Of a stretch of DNA of 64,000 nt, positions 1 through 12,359 are shown one piece after another. Made by a program: the position numbers and the translations under genes. The stretch is taken from contig NIVC01002463.1 in assembly GCA_002269645.1 (NCBI GenBank), positions 62,001 to 126,000 of the forward strand, written 5' to 3'. The notes under the pieces are model-generated. The model was not told where the DNA came from and made no database searches. It saw only the letters and a list, made by a program, of their open reading frames with translations. The DNA is from Macrostomum lignano (taxonomy: Eukaryota). Position 1 is the stretch's first letter; each line of letters begins with the position of its first letter.

Positions 1-1900
1 GCTGCCAGTCGTCTGCGGACAACGCTCGCCAGTACTCCGGCCTCCGCCTGCGGCAGTGTCGTCGCGCCGCCGGCCACTTCGTCCGCGGCCTCGTTGCCTT
101 CCAGACCGCAGTGGGCCGGCGTCCAGCAGAGCGCAATCACTCGTCCGGTCTGGCAGGTCCTCGATAGCAGCTGGCGGATCTTTGTCGCGATCGGATTGCG
201 GCCTCGGCCCTGCACTGCGAGGAGCCCACTCTTGCTGTCGGAAGCTATTAGCGCAGTTCTCCACGCCGGCTGCTCGCTGAGCCATTCCACCGCTAGCTCT
301 AGGGCGGTGAGCTCGGCTTGCAGCGAGGAGGCCGGCTGCCCGGCTGCCCTCCGGAGGCTGATCTGATCTCCGACCTGCTCTCCTGTTAGACGCCCGCTCC
401 GATAGATGACCGCACCGCTGCCGCCGCCCTCCCTCCGCACCGATCCGTCCGTGAAGATAGTGATGTCCGGGTCTGAGCTGGCCTGGTTGATCTTCGCTTG
501 GGCCATCTCAAGGTTTCCGGCGCGCGACTCTTTCCTGGCATCGTCGGTGGATACGAAGAAGCTGATGTTATCTCTCCAACTCTGCCACGGGGGGAGGTCC
601 GACATGTCCTCTAGCCTAGCCACCTCGGCTAGACCGGTGTTGGCGAGACCCTTCCTGGCCTGGGCTCTCCAACCCAGCCTCTTCAGCCTTTGCCGGGTCT
701 GCTGGGTGCCGAGGCGGTATCTTGGCGAGCTGTGCTCGAGCCTGAGCCATCGGTCCAGTTTTGCGCTCCATATCACCTCGCTCTGCTCCCGGATCGACAT
801 CATCCCGCTTTCGCAGCGTAGGGCCTCAACCGGGGTGGTGGCGACCGCGCCGGTAATGATGCGTTCCGCGCTGTGCTGCACCACTTCGAGCTTACGCCAG
901 GCCACGCAAGTGAGCCACGGCATCCAGGCGCAGGCCCCATACAGCATCTTGCTCCGGATGAGGGCAACGTAGGTGTTGCGGATCAGCTCGGCCTGCCAGC
1001 CCCAAGAGCTGCCTGCGAGGCGCCGCATTAGGTTGAGGCGGTTCCGGCAGCTGTGGATCACATTGTCAGCGTGCGCTGTGAACCTCAGCTGTCTGTCAAA
1101 CGTAAGCCCGAGGAACTTGGGCTGCTCAACCCATTGCATCGTCTGCCCTTGAAGCACGACGTTCGTGGCACCGGCCCTCTGCGGGGTCATCGCCGGGTCA
1201 CTGGAGAAGAGGGTGAGCGAGCATTTCCCCGTGGCAACCGGTAGCAGCCATGCTTTGCTCCAAGCCTCCAGGGTGTCAACCGCCTTCTGCTGGGTGGACA
1301 AGGCCTCCGCTACTCTTCTGCTGCTGGTCCAGGTGGCTAGATCGTCCGCATAGCCGCTCACCTGCAGGTCCGGGATAGCGTCAAGTTGCCTGAGAAGGTC
1401 ATCGATGAAGACGATGAAGAGCAGCGGCGAAAGCACGGATCCCTGCGGCAGCCCTTGCCGGAAAAGTTCCCGCTTGCTGTCCACGTCGCCGACCCGGACG
1501 CACGCCAGCCTGTTCGCTAGCCAGCTCTGTATCCATCTGACCGTTTTTGGGCCAATGCCAGCTTTAAGCAGCTTGATCAGCAGCCCGTCACGCCAAACCT
1601 TGTCGAACGCGCGCGCAAAGTTGAACAGCGCCAGAACCGTTAGTTTTCGCTCTTGGAAGGCGTCGTCAATCGATTGGGACAGCCGGAGCAGTTGATCCTC
1701 CGTGGACCTGCCCCCTCTGAACCCCGCTTGCGCTTCGCTGAGACCGCCGGTGGACTCCAGAACATGCTTGATTCGGTTCGCAAGCACCCGTTCCATCCAC
1801 TTACCTAAGCTGGAGGTTAGGCTAACCGGGCGGTAGGATCCTATGTCCTTGACGGGCTTTCCGCTCTTAAGAAGAGGTATGATGCGGGCCGTGCGCCAGT
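1..1900 (-). mobile_element. 5'-truncated non-LTR retrotransposon (LINE) ORF2: reverse transcriptase followed by RNase H (I-group-like); runs off the window edge
   Basis: Motifs read manually on the minus strand, all in one frame: YRPVSL (1835), FNFARAFDKVW (~1625), PQGSVLSPLLF (1448), YADD (1352), RNase H IFTDGS (458) and HCGLEGNEAADEVA (~115). Homology stops at ~1900 (NWRTARIIPLLK). Confidence 0.93.
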
Positions 1901-2989
1901 TGTTGCTGTTGCTGTTTCAGTTCTTTCAGTGCACTTCCCTATTAAAAAATAAATATATATTTGGTGCGACATAGACAACTACGATGTCGAAGATACCGAA
2001 GATGTCGATGACTTGATCAAGGCGTGTGAGGAAGTCGAGCGGCAGCCAGAAGAGAGCATCTTTGCTAGTGACCGACTCGCAGCGACCCGGCTCTATTGGC
2101 CCGGCGGCGGCCGACGACGACAATGATGTTATGATCACTGCGAGCGTGGTCCCGGACAGTGACGAAGAAACACCAGGCCAGCCGATTAGCAGCAGCAGAA
2201 CTAAACGAGAACTATTCGGCGACGACGACGACGACTTCCAACCCCGATTGTCGTCACCAAGGACACCGCCGAGGGCCAAACGCGCCCACGAGCAGCAGCT
2301 GGCACTGCCATCGTCGCCGCTCAATGTTGTCATATCACAAAAGCCGGCCCTGGAGCGTCAACCGCGGATCTGGACGTCCTCGACTAAGAATTCGGCGACG
2401 AATTGGACTTGGACGCCACCGATGATGTCGTCGCCTGCTAAGTCGTCTTTCTTCCTGTTTCTGCTACCTTTCCACTTTGCAATTTTGTCTCTTTTGACGT
2501 TTTTTTCTTGTTTATTTTGACAATAACATCAGCAATTTTAGATGATTGTTTTAGTATATAGGACTGTACTGTTGACAAGTATTTTGAAGTGTTTCAAGTC
2601 CGAATTGTTCAACTTATTGATGTCTTACTCGTAAATGAAAGGGCGTATGTTACTGCCTATTCTGCGCAAAAATAAGCATCTTACAATCAATAGCGTACAC
2701 AGGAGATACATTAAAAAATCGGCCATCAATGAAATTTTCGCCAATTCTGAGTCTTGCATCCTTCTACTTAAGTAGTCCTTGAGTCAAGAATGTACACTGT
2801 AGAAGATTGTGCATATGGTTGAAAACTCCCGATCGATTTCATTTTAGTCACTGATAAAAATGTTTCTTATAATTTGCATTTACACTACTGTCCTAAGAGA
2901 GTATCATTTTTGATCCCCACAGCGAGATAGGGAGTGACCTATCTAGTTATATAGTATCTGTGGTTTAGGGTGTCTAGATCTGACAGTCA

Positions 2990-5900
2990 AAATCGACAGT
3001 GTCCGCAGAGTTCGAGCCAAAAGCCTGTGTCTTTGTGTCTCTGCAGCAGCCGCCTCCAAAATTTCTGAAAGGCCGAAAAGCTGCTAGAAGACCACTTCGC
3101 CACCCGAGTCAATGTATGGTCGCAGAGCGGTACCAATTTCGCCAACGGGCACAGCGACCTGGAGAATCGGTAGCCAACTACGTAGCTGCCCTGCAAGCTC
3201 TGTCCACACACTTGCGAGTTCGGCAGCTTCAAGGACGAGATACAAGGGAGATCTCGGACAAGGGCGAGACCAGTTGGGTTGAGAAGGTGCACAGTGACAG
3301 AATCAGAGAACGGCTGCTCATCGAGAAAGAACTGGCGTTCGAAATCGCTGTGGAGCTGGCAAAAGCAGCTGGAAACTGGAATGCGAGAGGCCAGCTCACT
3401 GCGCACCACTGTGACGACCGGAAACTCCATCGGAGTTGGCCAGGTGATGTACCAGTCAGCTGCAAAATCTGCAGCCAAAAGCTACGCCAAGCCAAAGCGA
3501 CAGTCCATGCAAATAGCCAGTGCTTGTGGCAAATGTGGACAGTCCAGCCACGCACCAGGGGTCAAGTGTCCAGCGCAAGAACAGAAATTCCGAGGTTGTG
3601 GAAGCTCATCCATTTCGAGCGAGTCTGAAGATCTACCGGCAAGGTTTGAGGTTTCCAAGACAAGGTCACCCTGTCGACCATCCAGTCTAACAAAGGCCTC
3701 AAGACCTTCTGTCAAGTGAAGCTTGCGGAAAAGCCCCTGAGACTGTTGTTGGATACTGGTTCAAAAGTCACCATCATCTTGAAAGTAGCGTGCAAACGGC
3801 TCTTCAGCGGAATTAAGCTGCAACCTTCGTCGAAGCGGCTGAAGGCCTTCAAACGGCGGCGACATCTCCGTAATCGGCGAGATGCAGGTTCCCGTTGAGT
3901 ACAATGAGCTTCGAGTTCACGACGCTAACTACGATTATGCTGGTGAAGCACGGCTCTGAAATCATGGGCGACGATCTCACGGCGAAGCTGCATTCAGAGT
4001 GGTGAGCCAGGAGGGTGAGCCGGTGCGCAAGGAGGCCTCTGACGGCATGCCCAGCTGGGTGCCAGGAAAGTTCCAATACTTGGGTAAGGGCCTCGGCAAG
4101 ATCACAGCAGGATTTGTGCACAAGCCGAAGGTTAATCCAGCTGTTCCACCAGTAGCTCAACCACTGCGGAAAGTGACCCTCAGTCTCAAAGAGCCAGCTG
4201 TCAAGGAGGAAATCTAGAAGCTGTTGTCAGAAGGTGTCATCGAGGAGGTGCACGCATCGGAGTGGGTGTCGAACCTGGTGATGGTTCCCAAGCTGAACGG
4301 CAAACTGAATCTGCAACGATCGCAGAAACCCGAACAAGGCGATCGTGCTCGACAAACACCCACTGCCGACATTCGAGCAGCTGTCTGCGGAGTTTCTTTA
4401 CGTTCAAGAATCTTTACGAAGCTTGATCTGAATTCATCCTACCTACAGTTGGAGCTGGCTGAAGACTCGCGCAATCTGACAACGTTCATCACCGACGAAG
4501 GCCTATTCAGATACACATGAGTCTGCTTCGGGATGAATAGTGCGCCGATTGAATTTCAAAAAGTTCTATCGAAGGTGCTGGAGAAGATCACTTTATCGAT
4601 GACATCGTGGTCCACTCAAAGACGAGAGGTGAGCACGAGAAGGCTGTCCTGGCAGTCCTTGAGCGTCTCAAGAAGCACAACATCACACTGAAACTAGAGA
4701 AATGCCAATGGGCCAGAGTACCTTGGCTACTATGTTTTCATTAGTGAGGACCTCAGACCGATCACATCCAACGTGGACGCCATCACAAACATAAAGAGTC
4801 CAAAGTGTCAGAAGGAATTCGCCTCGTTTCTCGGAATGGTGAATTTTATGGCCACTTCTTGGACAACCTGTCGACTGTGGCGGAGCCTTTGCTGCAGCTA
4901 CTGCGGAAGAGAGTGCGGTGGCAATGGACGACGAAGCAGCAGCAAGCATATGAGGCTCTGAAGTCGATGATCGTATCGCCCCCATACTTGAAGTTCTTCA
5001 ACACAGACTGTGCACTTGTGATTGTACAATTGTGCACCGCACGATCGTCGCCTGTGACAGCTCAGCTACTGCAATTGGCGCAGTCCTCGCCCAACAAGAC
5101 AAGCAAGGCAACTGCCGCCTTGTTGCTTCAAGAACGCTGAACGCGGCAGAACGCAAGTATTCTGCTCCGAGTGCAATGCTCTGGTGTGCATTGTCGCGTG
5201 CGAACGATGAAATTTCTTGAGGTAAGGTAGCACGCTTTAGAAGGCAAAGAAATATAAAAGTGAAAGTCAACATAGATTAATATTCTTTCGATGCTTTTCG
5301 GTCCAACAAGGACCATCTTTAGGGTCTGGTATATTTTTTACTCACACAACAACTTTTACGTCTTTACGTCTTACGTCTTTCGTCCTACGTCTTTCGTCCT
5401 ACGTCTTTCGTCCTACGTCTTTACGTCCTAACTCTTAACGTCTTTCTATTCGGCCGAAATTTCGAGCTGCAGACGGAACACCCTGCGTTGACTACCCTTC
5501 TGAGCATGCACCCCGGCCTGCACCGGGCACAGGCCTCTACATGTACGACTCCATCGCTGGGCAAACAGTCTGATCTGTTCTACGGCTTCAGCAGCAAGTG
5601 CATCGCTGTGAAAATTGTGACATCGCCCAGACTTTCCGTCTCGATGCCAGCACGATGGAGCTGAAGCTGAAGACAACAGCCTTTGCGGCGATCGTGCAGG
5701 CTGTCAATGCGATCCTCTTGTATGGAGCACTTAACCTGGTGTCCGTGGAACAGCTAGCGCCGCAACTCGGGAAGACACCGTTCTGCAGTAGGTGATGCAG
5801 ATGAGTGGCTGGTCAGAATCAAGTAAGCAACTGGAAGCAAAGCTGCTAACTTTCTAAAAAGGTCCTCGGTGAGCCTTCGAGGTCCTCGAAAGGCTCCAAA

Positions 5901-6900
5901 GCAGTCATTCCACCGGCGCTGTAGGAGAAACTACTGAAAATGGCTCACTTTGGTCATCTCGGGATCAGCCGGACAAAGCAGCACTGTCGAGAAACTGTCT
6001 GGTGGCCAACTTCGATCGAGACGTCGAGGACTTTATCAAGAATTGCGAGCCGTGCGAAGTCAGTGAAAAATTATTCAAGCCTCCAAGAGTGCTGTTAAAA
6101 CCGACTAGATGGCCGTCTTAGCCGTGGAGTGACCATAGTGGCCAAAGTTTGCCTGTCTATCATCAGTGACGTAATTTCGATTGTTATCAGCGCATCATAT
6201 ATCCTAAAATCGCTCTTCGCCAGATGGGGACTCCCGAAAGTCATCAATACGGACGGTGGGCCCCAGTTCACGTTCGCCGAATTCGAGGAATTCCTCAAAG
6301 ACCATGGCATCGAGCACCGCAGGTCGCCAGCCTATTATCGTCAGGGAAATTCCGGCGTTGAACGTCTTAACAGGTTCCTCAAAGAGGGGCTGAAGAGCCA
6401 CTTGGATGACGGCTACGAGTTCAAGGACGCCATCTGGATGCTCCTGTGGCCTAGTACAGGGCGACTCCGCACGCACTCACTGGCGTCTCTCCAGCCGAGC
6501 TGATGCTGGGGCGAAAGATGACGACCTCGCTCTCAATGCTGAAGCCGAGCCGGCCGAGAGTTCATCCAGCGGCCGCAGGCATTCGAGATCGGCAGAAGCG
6601 GAACTCGAAACCAAGGCCGATTGCCACCGCCGCAGTTCGCAACTAGTGAGAGAGTGCGCGTTCGACGCCCGCAGGCTTGCGGCAAGCTGGCTAGTCGGAT
6701 GTCTGAGCCAAGGACACGGTCGCTTCGATGTGCAGCCTCACAATCATCAAACTCGACGACGACGGCATGTGTCACAGCACTATAGGATATATGCGCATGC
6801 GGCGACGTCGGCGAAGGCGACGTTGATTCGTCAGTGTTTGCCAGTACGATGCACGGGCAAATAACGGCCAGAGCACCGAACCATCCAATCAATGAAAAGC
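2990..6900 (+). mobile_element. Degenerate Ty3/Gypsy LTR retrotransposon internal region (gag, protease, RT, RNase H, integrase) with many frameshifts and stops
   Basis: Fragments in Gypsy order: gag ERYQFRQRAQRPGESVANYVAAL; Zn-knuckle CGKCGQSSHAPGVKC; protease LLDTGSKVTI; RT EWVSNLVMVPK, FTKLDLNSSYLQLEL and FIDDIVV; RNase H CDSSATAIGAVL and SRTLNAAERKYS; integrase HFGHLG and TDGGPQFT...GVERLNRFLK. No LTR pair identified. Confidence 0.92.
5225..5448. other. ~220-bp foreign insertion splitting the Gypsy RNase H, ending in an (ACGTCTTT/CGTCCT)n tail
   Basis: The RNase H reading stops at ttcttgaggta (5224) and resumes at ttcggccgaaatttcgag (FGRNFELQT). TA is present at both junctions. Short tandem repeat at ~5357-5446. 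Confidence 0.6.
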
Positions 6901-8634
6901 CGGAACCTGTTATGTCCGGTGAGAATTTAGGAGGGCCCCAAGGGCAGGAAATAAAACAGTATATTACATGTATGCTTTGTTCCTGAATGGGAACAAGTGT
7001 TGTTTTTTGGAGACACAGCCAAGAAGACCTGCCTCTCTTCCGAGTTCCGAGTCCTAAATTTGTGCCCGAGCACAGCTAGAACAGCATGCATGTACACAAA
7101 ATGGACAGCAATGGAGAGCAAAAACATCCACATAATAATGCTCCTGATGAGATCGGTAGTCATGACAAATCCTCTAGTATGTGAGTTTTCTGTGCATTCA
7201 AGGTAGTAGTACATGTACCTTAAAAATAGCAACTCTGCTGATTGCCAACAATATATTTCAAGTTATTAGTTTCGGTGCACTGCCTCTGAGGACCAGGCAT
7301 ATCTCATTACAGGGAAAACGAAACACCGTCAACACCTGAAGGAGCATTGGCTAAAAGATCAGCCACCCAAGAACACCTGCTCACGTGTGATTTATTTTTC
7401 AACAGCAACCCTCTCGACTTGTTCAAGATAAGTGATTCCTGCCGTAATTTAGATAACCGCGTCCGCCAGGAATCACGGCATTAACATTTAAATACCTTAA
7501 GTTAAGTCTTAACCACTTGCGTAATATAACAAAATCAGCAAGCATAATATAACCGAAAGGATAGGGGCCTAAATACTTTTTTAGGCATCGAAAAATATTT
7601 TGTAAAACTAAGATCTGACACGCCTTGTGAACTTAAGGGAACTTATTTGTGTAGCTCTTAAATTTAACTTAAGTTAAATGGTAAATGGTATATCTTATTC
7701 TTTAGGTCACCTAGTATAAAAGAAGGAAGCCAAGCTACTAAAGTATTTTTCTAGGTAAAATCAGTATAAAAAGCTCAACTTATTAAATAATTAAGATAAG
7801 AATCAAAAAAGTTATAATTGGTACCATGGCCCATGCTGGCCATAGAACTTTGTATTTATATGCACCTAAATGCCATTGGTAATGTTTTGTATGCACAATT
7901 ATAGGTCATTCAAATCAAAGAATGCAGATAACATATAATATGATAGCTGCAACTTGGTAAGAAGTAAATATATAATTGTAGTCAATGTAGTGCAAGGTAA
8001 TCTAAGCCATGATTTATATTATAAATAAAGAAAAATGGCTAAACATAATTTAATGCAGGAAGCTAAGTCCTAAGACATTGCCACTATTTAAATTGAAATC
8101 ATTTATTAAAAAAAAGATCATTGTTTGACTGGTTAAATGGTTTGATCTTATTTAATTGCAATATATAATAGATCAATATATTATTATTAGTAATAGAAAT
8201 TTAATAGAAATTTCAATTTAACTTTTTTTGTAGAAACAAGGTAAATATTCTGTATTTAATCTTTGTTAATATAATAAGAGTATCCTCTTAAGAGTAAGAG
8301 TGTAGTCTCATTAAAGCCAAATTACTCTAACATAGAAATATACTTTGAGATGATGGCAACTCTCCAATTTATAGAATCTGATTTTTATAATTGATTTAGA
8401 AATGAAATTTCAGCTTTAATTATAGAAACAAATTTTATACCTATAATTTTTGTATTCCATTATCATTTCTATAATCTATATATTAGTCACTAATTTCTAA
8501 TTTTCCATTGATGTTCCACAATTTCTTGTCTAAAATCTTCTGCAACAAAAATCCAGAAAAAACTTGAGTTCAGCTTGGCAGCTGCGCTAACCAAAGCTGC
8601 CAATGCTTTGTGTGCAGGCCAGCCACCGCTGCCA

Positions 8635-10254
8635 ATGTTTAAGCGACAATCCATGGGCAAGTCGCTGGCTAATGGCAAGCAGCAGCAGCAGGCTCTGCCA
8701 AACCCTCAGGACCGGCCCATGTCAATGATCAGCAGTGGCGGCGGTTTCAGCGGCCTGTTCCGCTCAAAGCAGTTTAAATTGTCTCAGTCTACAGCTTCTC
8801 TGGCTTCATCTTCTTCTGGAGCATCTGGCATTGATTACATTGGCAACGAGACCAGCGCTGCCAGGCCGCAGTCTTATCAGCAGCTGCAGCAGTACCAGAA
8901 CCAGTACCGCCCGCATCAGCAGCAGCATCGGTCTGTTGAAAATCTATCAGATCATCGCCTGTTTGTAGCTAACTCTTCTGCGCCATCATCTGCTCAGCTT
9001 CGCCCGGCGCAGTCATCAGCTTGGCAGCAGCAGAGGGAAGCCAAATCTGCCAGTTTGCCACCGCAGCCACCGCGGCTGCAGCAGCAGCATCAGCGCGAAG
9101 CTTCCAGCGGTTCGATTGCACATCAAAGCGGCAGTCGTCAGTTGCGCCAGGCCGCCACAGCCCTGTGCGTTCATTGTGCCGTTGGCGCCTGCAGCCTCCG
9201 CCTAGCGGCTGAGCGCCTCATCCTCACCTGGGACGTCTGGCCCACGGCCTCCGCCTCCGAGGAAGACGAAAGCGTGAGCGGAGACGGGCAGTCCGCCCTT
9301 AACGAGGCCGACACAGAGGCGCGCCTACGTCGCGAGCTGGACAGTGTCCGGCTGCTGTCCGAGCTTCTCAGAGCCCGCCTACTGTCCGTCTCGGCCGATC
9401 CGACCGCCGAAGCCGACAGCGAAGCGGCCGAATGCGTTCAGCGTCTTCAGGGCGCCGTGTTGGCAGCCGCTGCCGCCGGCAACGCGCTGGCGTCTCTGCC
9501 TGCGATTGCTCGGTGGCGTCAGGACCAGCAGCTGACGGAGCAGTCGCAGCATCTGCAACCGCAGCGATTGAATTTCCATCAAGTCCGCCTGCACTGCGAC
9601 CGCATCGAAGCGGCCCTTGTCGGTCTGCAGGTGGCCGTGTCCGTGGAGATTGGCAGCGTCAGCTTCGTTGGCAACGGCGTCAGTGGCAGCGGCGGCGGCT
9701 CTGGTAGCGGCACTGACAGCGGCGGCGCCTGCCTGGTGCTGCAATGCGAGCGGCTGTCGCGGTCCCTCAGCGACTTGGCCGCCGCCTGCCGGCCCCAGGC
9801 GCTGCCAGCCGCCTGCCAGCCAGCTGACCGGGAGGCCCTGCAGCTCTGCCTGCGATCCGTCACGGCCGGTGCCACCCTGCTGCTGCACGCCGTCCGCACC
9901 GCGCACAACCGGCCGGCCGATGCCGACTGTCGCGGCCGGGTTGAACTCGCCATTAGCGGCTTGCGGCCGGCGCTGCGCGCCCTACTTGGCGCCGCGTCTG
10001 AGGCGCGTTTCTCTGGCCGGCCGTTGGCACTGACGGAGTCGGAGCGGGCGCGCCGAGTTCGAGTCCTGTGCCGCCTGCTGCCAGTCGTGTCGGCCGCCGG
10101 CAGCCTGCTGGCCTGCCTTGCCGACAGGCCGCCGTCGCCTGCCGCTGCCCGACGTTGGCAGCAGCGAGCCGGCGCCTGCATCGACGAGGTTAGACGAGTC
10201 AGCGCCGACTGTTTGACAGCGCTGGAGTCGGGCTTCTCTGTGAGGCGGGACTGA
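8635..10254 (+). CDS. TLNRD1: Talin rod domain-containing protein 1 (TLNRD1/MESDC1)-like, single exon, 539 aa, with a Q/S-rich N-terminal extension
   Basis: Intact ORF from the first ATG at 8635. The C-terminal ~350 aa follow recalled TLNRD1 helices (LCVHC..SLRLAAERLILT; ERLSRSLSDLAAAC; ALLGAASEARFSGRPLALT). AATAAA at 10313. Confidence 0.75.
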   Translation: MFKRQSMGKSLANGKQQQQALPNPQDRPMSMISSGGGFSGLFRSKQFKLSQSTASLASSSSGASGIDYIGNETSAARPQSYQQLQQYQNQYRPHQQQHRSVENLSDHRLFVANSSAPSSAQLRPAQSSAWQQQREAKSASLPPQPPRLQQQHQREASSGSIAHQSGSRQLRQAATALCVHCAVGACSLRLAAERLILTWDVWPTASASEEDESVSGDGQSALNEADTEARLRRELDSVRLLSELLRARLLSVSADPTAEADSEAAECVQRLQGAVLAAAAAGNALASLPAIARWRQDQQLTEQSQHLQPQRLNFHQVRLHCDRIEAALVGLQVAVSVEIGSVSFVGNGVSGSGGGSGSGTDSGGACLVLQCERLSRSLSDLAAACRPQALPAACQPADREALQLCLRSVTAGATLLLHAVRTAHNRPADADCRGRVELAISGLRPALRALLGAASEARFSGRPLALTESERARRVRVLCRLLPVVSAAGSLLACLADRPPSPAAARRWQQRAGACIDEVRRVSADCLTALESGFSVRRD

Positions 10255-10454
10255 GGTATCAGTGTGCTCTGTCTCTGTACTGGCAGCGTCTATCAGTCCG
10301 TAATTTCTGGTCAATAAAAGTCTAAGAAGCCATTTGGAGCTTTAATAATCATTTATCGCTTACTACGCTTAGTCTGCTGAGGCTAATAAATTATTATCAT
10401 TTATCTGCTTATGCTCGTGTACCAAAGCCGGCAGACTAACCCTAGTGTACCAAA

Positions 10455-10960
10455 GCCTCTCAGATCCTCAGTTGTTGGGCCAGCCTCCCAGATCCTCAGT
10501 TGCTGGGCCAGCCTCCCAAATCCTCAGTTGCTAGGGCCAGCCTCCCAGATCCCCAATTGCTGGGCCAGCCTCCCAGATCCTTAGTTATTGGGCCAGCCTC
10601 CCAGATCCTCAGTTACTGGGCCAGCCTCCCAGATCCTCAGTTACTGGGCCAGCCTCCCAGATCCTCAGTTGCTGGGCCAGCCTCCCAGATCCTCAGTTAC
10701 TGGGCCAGCCTCCCAGATCCTCAGTTGCTGGGCCAGCCTCCCAGATCCTCAGTTACTGGGCCAGCCTCCCAGATCCTCAGTTACTGGGCCAGCCTCCCAG
10801 ATCCTCAGTTGCTGGGCCAGCCTCCCAGATCCTCAGTTACTGGGCCAGCCTCCCAGATCCTCAGTTGCTGGGTCAGCCTCTCAGTTACTGGGCCAGCCTC
10901 CCAGATCCTCAGTTACTGGGCCAGCCTCCCAGATCCTCAGTTGCTGGGCCACCGCCAGTC
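10455..10960. repeat. 28-bp minisatellite (ctgggccagcctcccagatcctcagttR), ~17 copies
   Basis: Period of 28 read directly at 10621-10648. Accounts for the ORFs at 10500 and 10588. Confidence 0.95.
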
Positions 10961-11609
10961 TCCCTAGATCTTTAACATCATTAAAAACCGTACAATTGAA
11001 TTAGTTACATTTTCATATTCCAAAGCCTGTTACTGTATTTTGCTGCAAAGCTGGTTCATTGTGAATTCAGCAAATTTTTAATTGCCAATTATCGCATTCG
11101 TGTTGGCAGGTGAAATCGAATTTTATTGAATACTCCTTGCTTACTTCAGGCCCGAAGGCTTGCTATCATTTTCTTCATATGTCCAGCGCTCAAAGCTTCG
11201 AGGCTATTGTGGCCGACTGTGATTTCGGGAATGATTTTGTTTACTCACAGAAAATTTATTGCAAGCTTATCTACATTTACTCAATGTTTCCATTATCGAG
11301 TTATAACTATTATTTATTCTCGGTTTCTACTATTCGTTCGTCGGCTGTGAGATTTTCGTTTTGCGTCTTTTATCTGTTTCTCGCTTTAATCAGGATCTTG
11401 GGGAAGTCCCAGGGCGGCCAGCTAGTCAATATTTGAAGCCTGCTAATTCATAAATCAAGTAAATGCCGCCATGCAGTCTCCCTGTCATCAGAAGCTTGTC
11501 GAGCGTGACTCTAAGCACATTTGTTACCGGCTACTCTCTGTATGAGTCGTTTATCATCTCCATCATCTTTTAGGGTTAGACACATCAAGAGTAATGTTAG
11601 TGGGCGTTA

Positions 11610-11740
11610 TGAATTGGAATCTCGGCTTGGCTCTGCTCGTGCTGTTAACGCCACGGCCCTGAGGGCCAACCCCCAAGGCACAGGGAAGAAGTTGTACATG
11701 CCTAACAATAAATCAAGTTAGGGCCACTGCACAGCCTATG
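11610..11740 (+). mobile_element. Partial copy (body only) of the SINE family also found at 57298 and 61445
   Basis: gaattggaatctcggcttggctctgctcgtgc...gccaacccccaaggc...gtacatgcctaac...gttagggcc is shared with both full copies. Confidence 0.8.
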
Positions 11741-12359
11741 TCTAATCCTGTGTCATTATCAATGAGTTGTCGGTATTGCCTTTATTAACAAAAAATCGCA
11801 TTGACTGTAATTTATGAATGTTTCAATTAAAGATTATATAAATATATAAGCGATTTAATTGGCCATCGATTCAGCAATCTACGGTTTTAAATTTGGAATT
11901 ATATTTATTGCATGCCTTCTTCAGTTGAAATTATCTTGTCAATTGGGTGTTGCATTAGCTCAGCAGGTTTATTAACTTTCTTGAATTTGTTACTATTTTT
12001 AGACATTAAAATTAGAGTCCCGTTTAGGCATATTTATGTATATATTGTAATAAAAAAACTATTTCAGTGCGAGTGCCTTACTAGCAGGTTTACTTTAGTG
12101 AAGTGTAGTCGGTGTGGGCCCAACTAATTTTGTTGCCCAGGCTAAACTCGGCCACACCCTTTATGCAACCATCTTTTAGCTCTGGTTATTTGAGCTTTAC
12201 TATTTAGTCTGTGTGAACATCTCTAGTAGGGCGATGTGCAAGAACTCTTGTTGAGTTTCTAGCTCTATTGTTTGGACTGTTAACTCACCGTATAGCTTAG
12301 CCTGGCTGAGTACAGTATGTCCTTGTTGCTACTAGCTCTTGTGACATCTCTCATACTAC

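Noticed and set aside
1960-2520. Acidic low-complexity reading frames next to the LINE
   Set aside because: They shift frame, have no recognisable domain and no clear splice structure; identity cannot be supported.
6927-7232. 101-aa minus ORF after the Gypsy element, considered as a hAT fragment
   Set aside because: No convincing transposase motif in any frame.
8700-10314. Multiple overlapping ORFs in alternate frames of GC-rich exons (also in CHD1L, NSUN5, SPG11)
   Set aside because: An expected by-product of high GC content and few stop codons; Arg/Ala/Pro-rich with no motifs.
11460-11520. CTGATGA followed by a short stem on the minus strand
   Set aside because: No downstream GAAA, so not a hammerhead.
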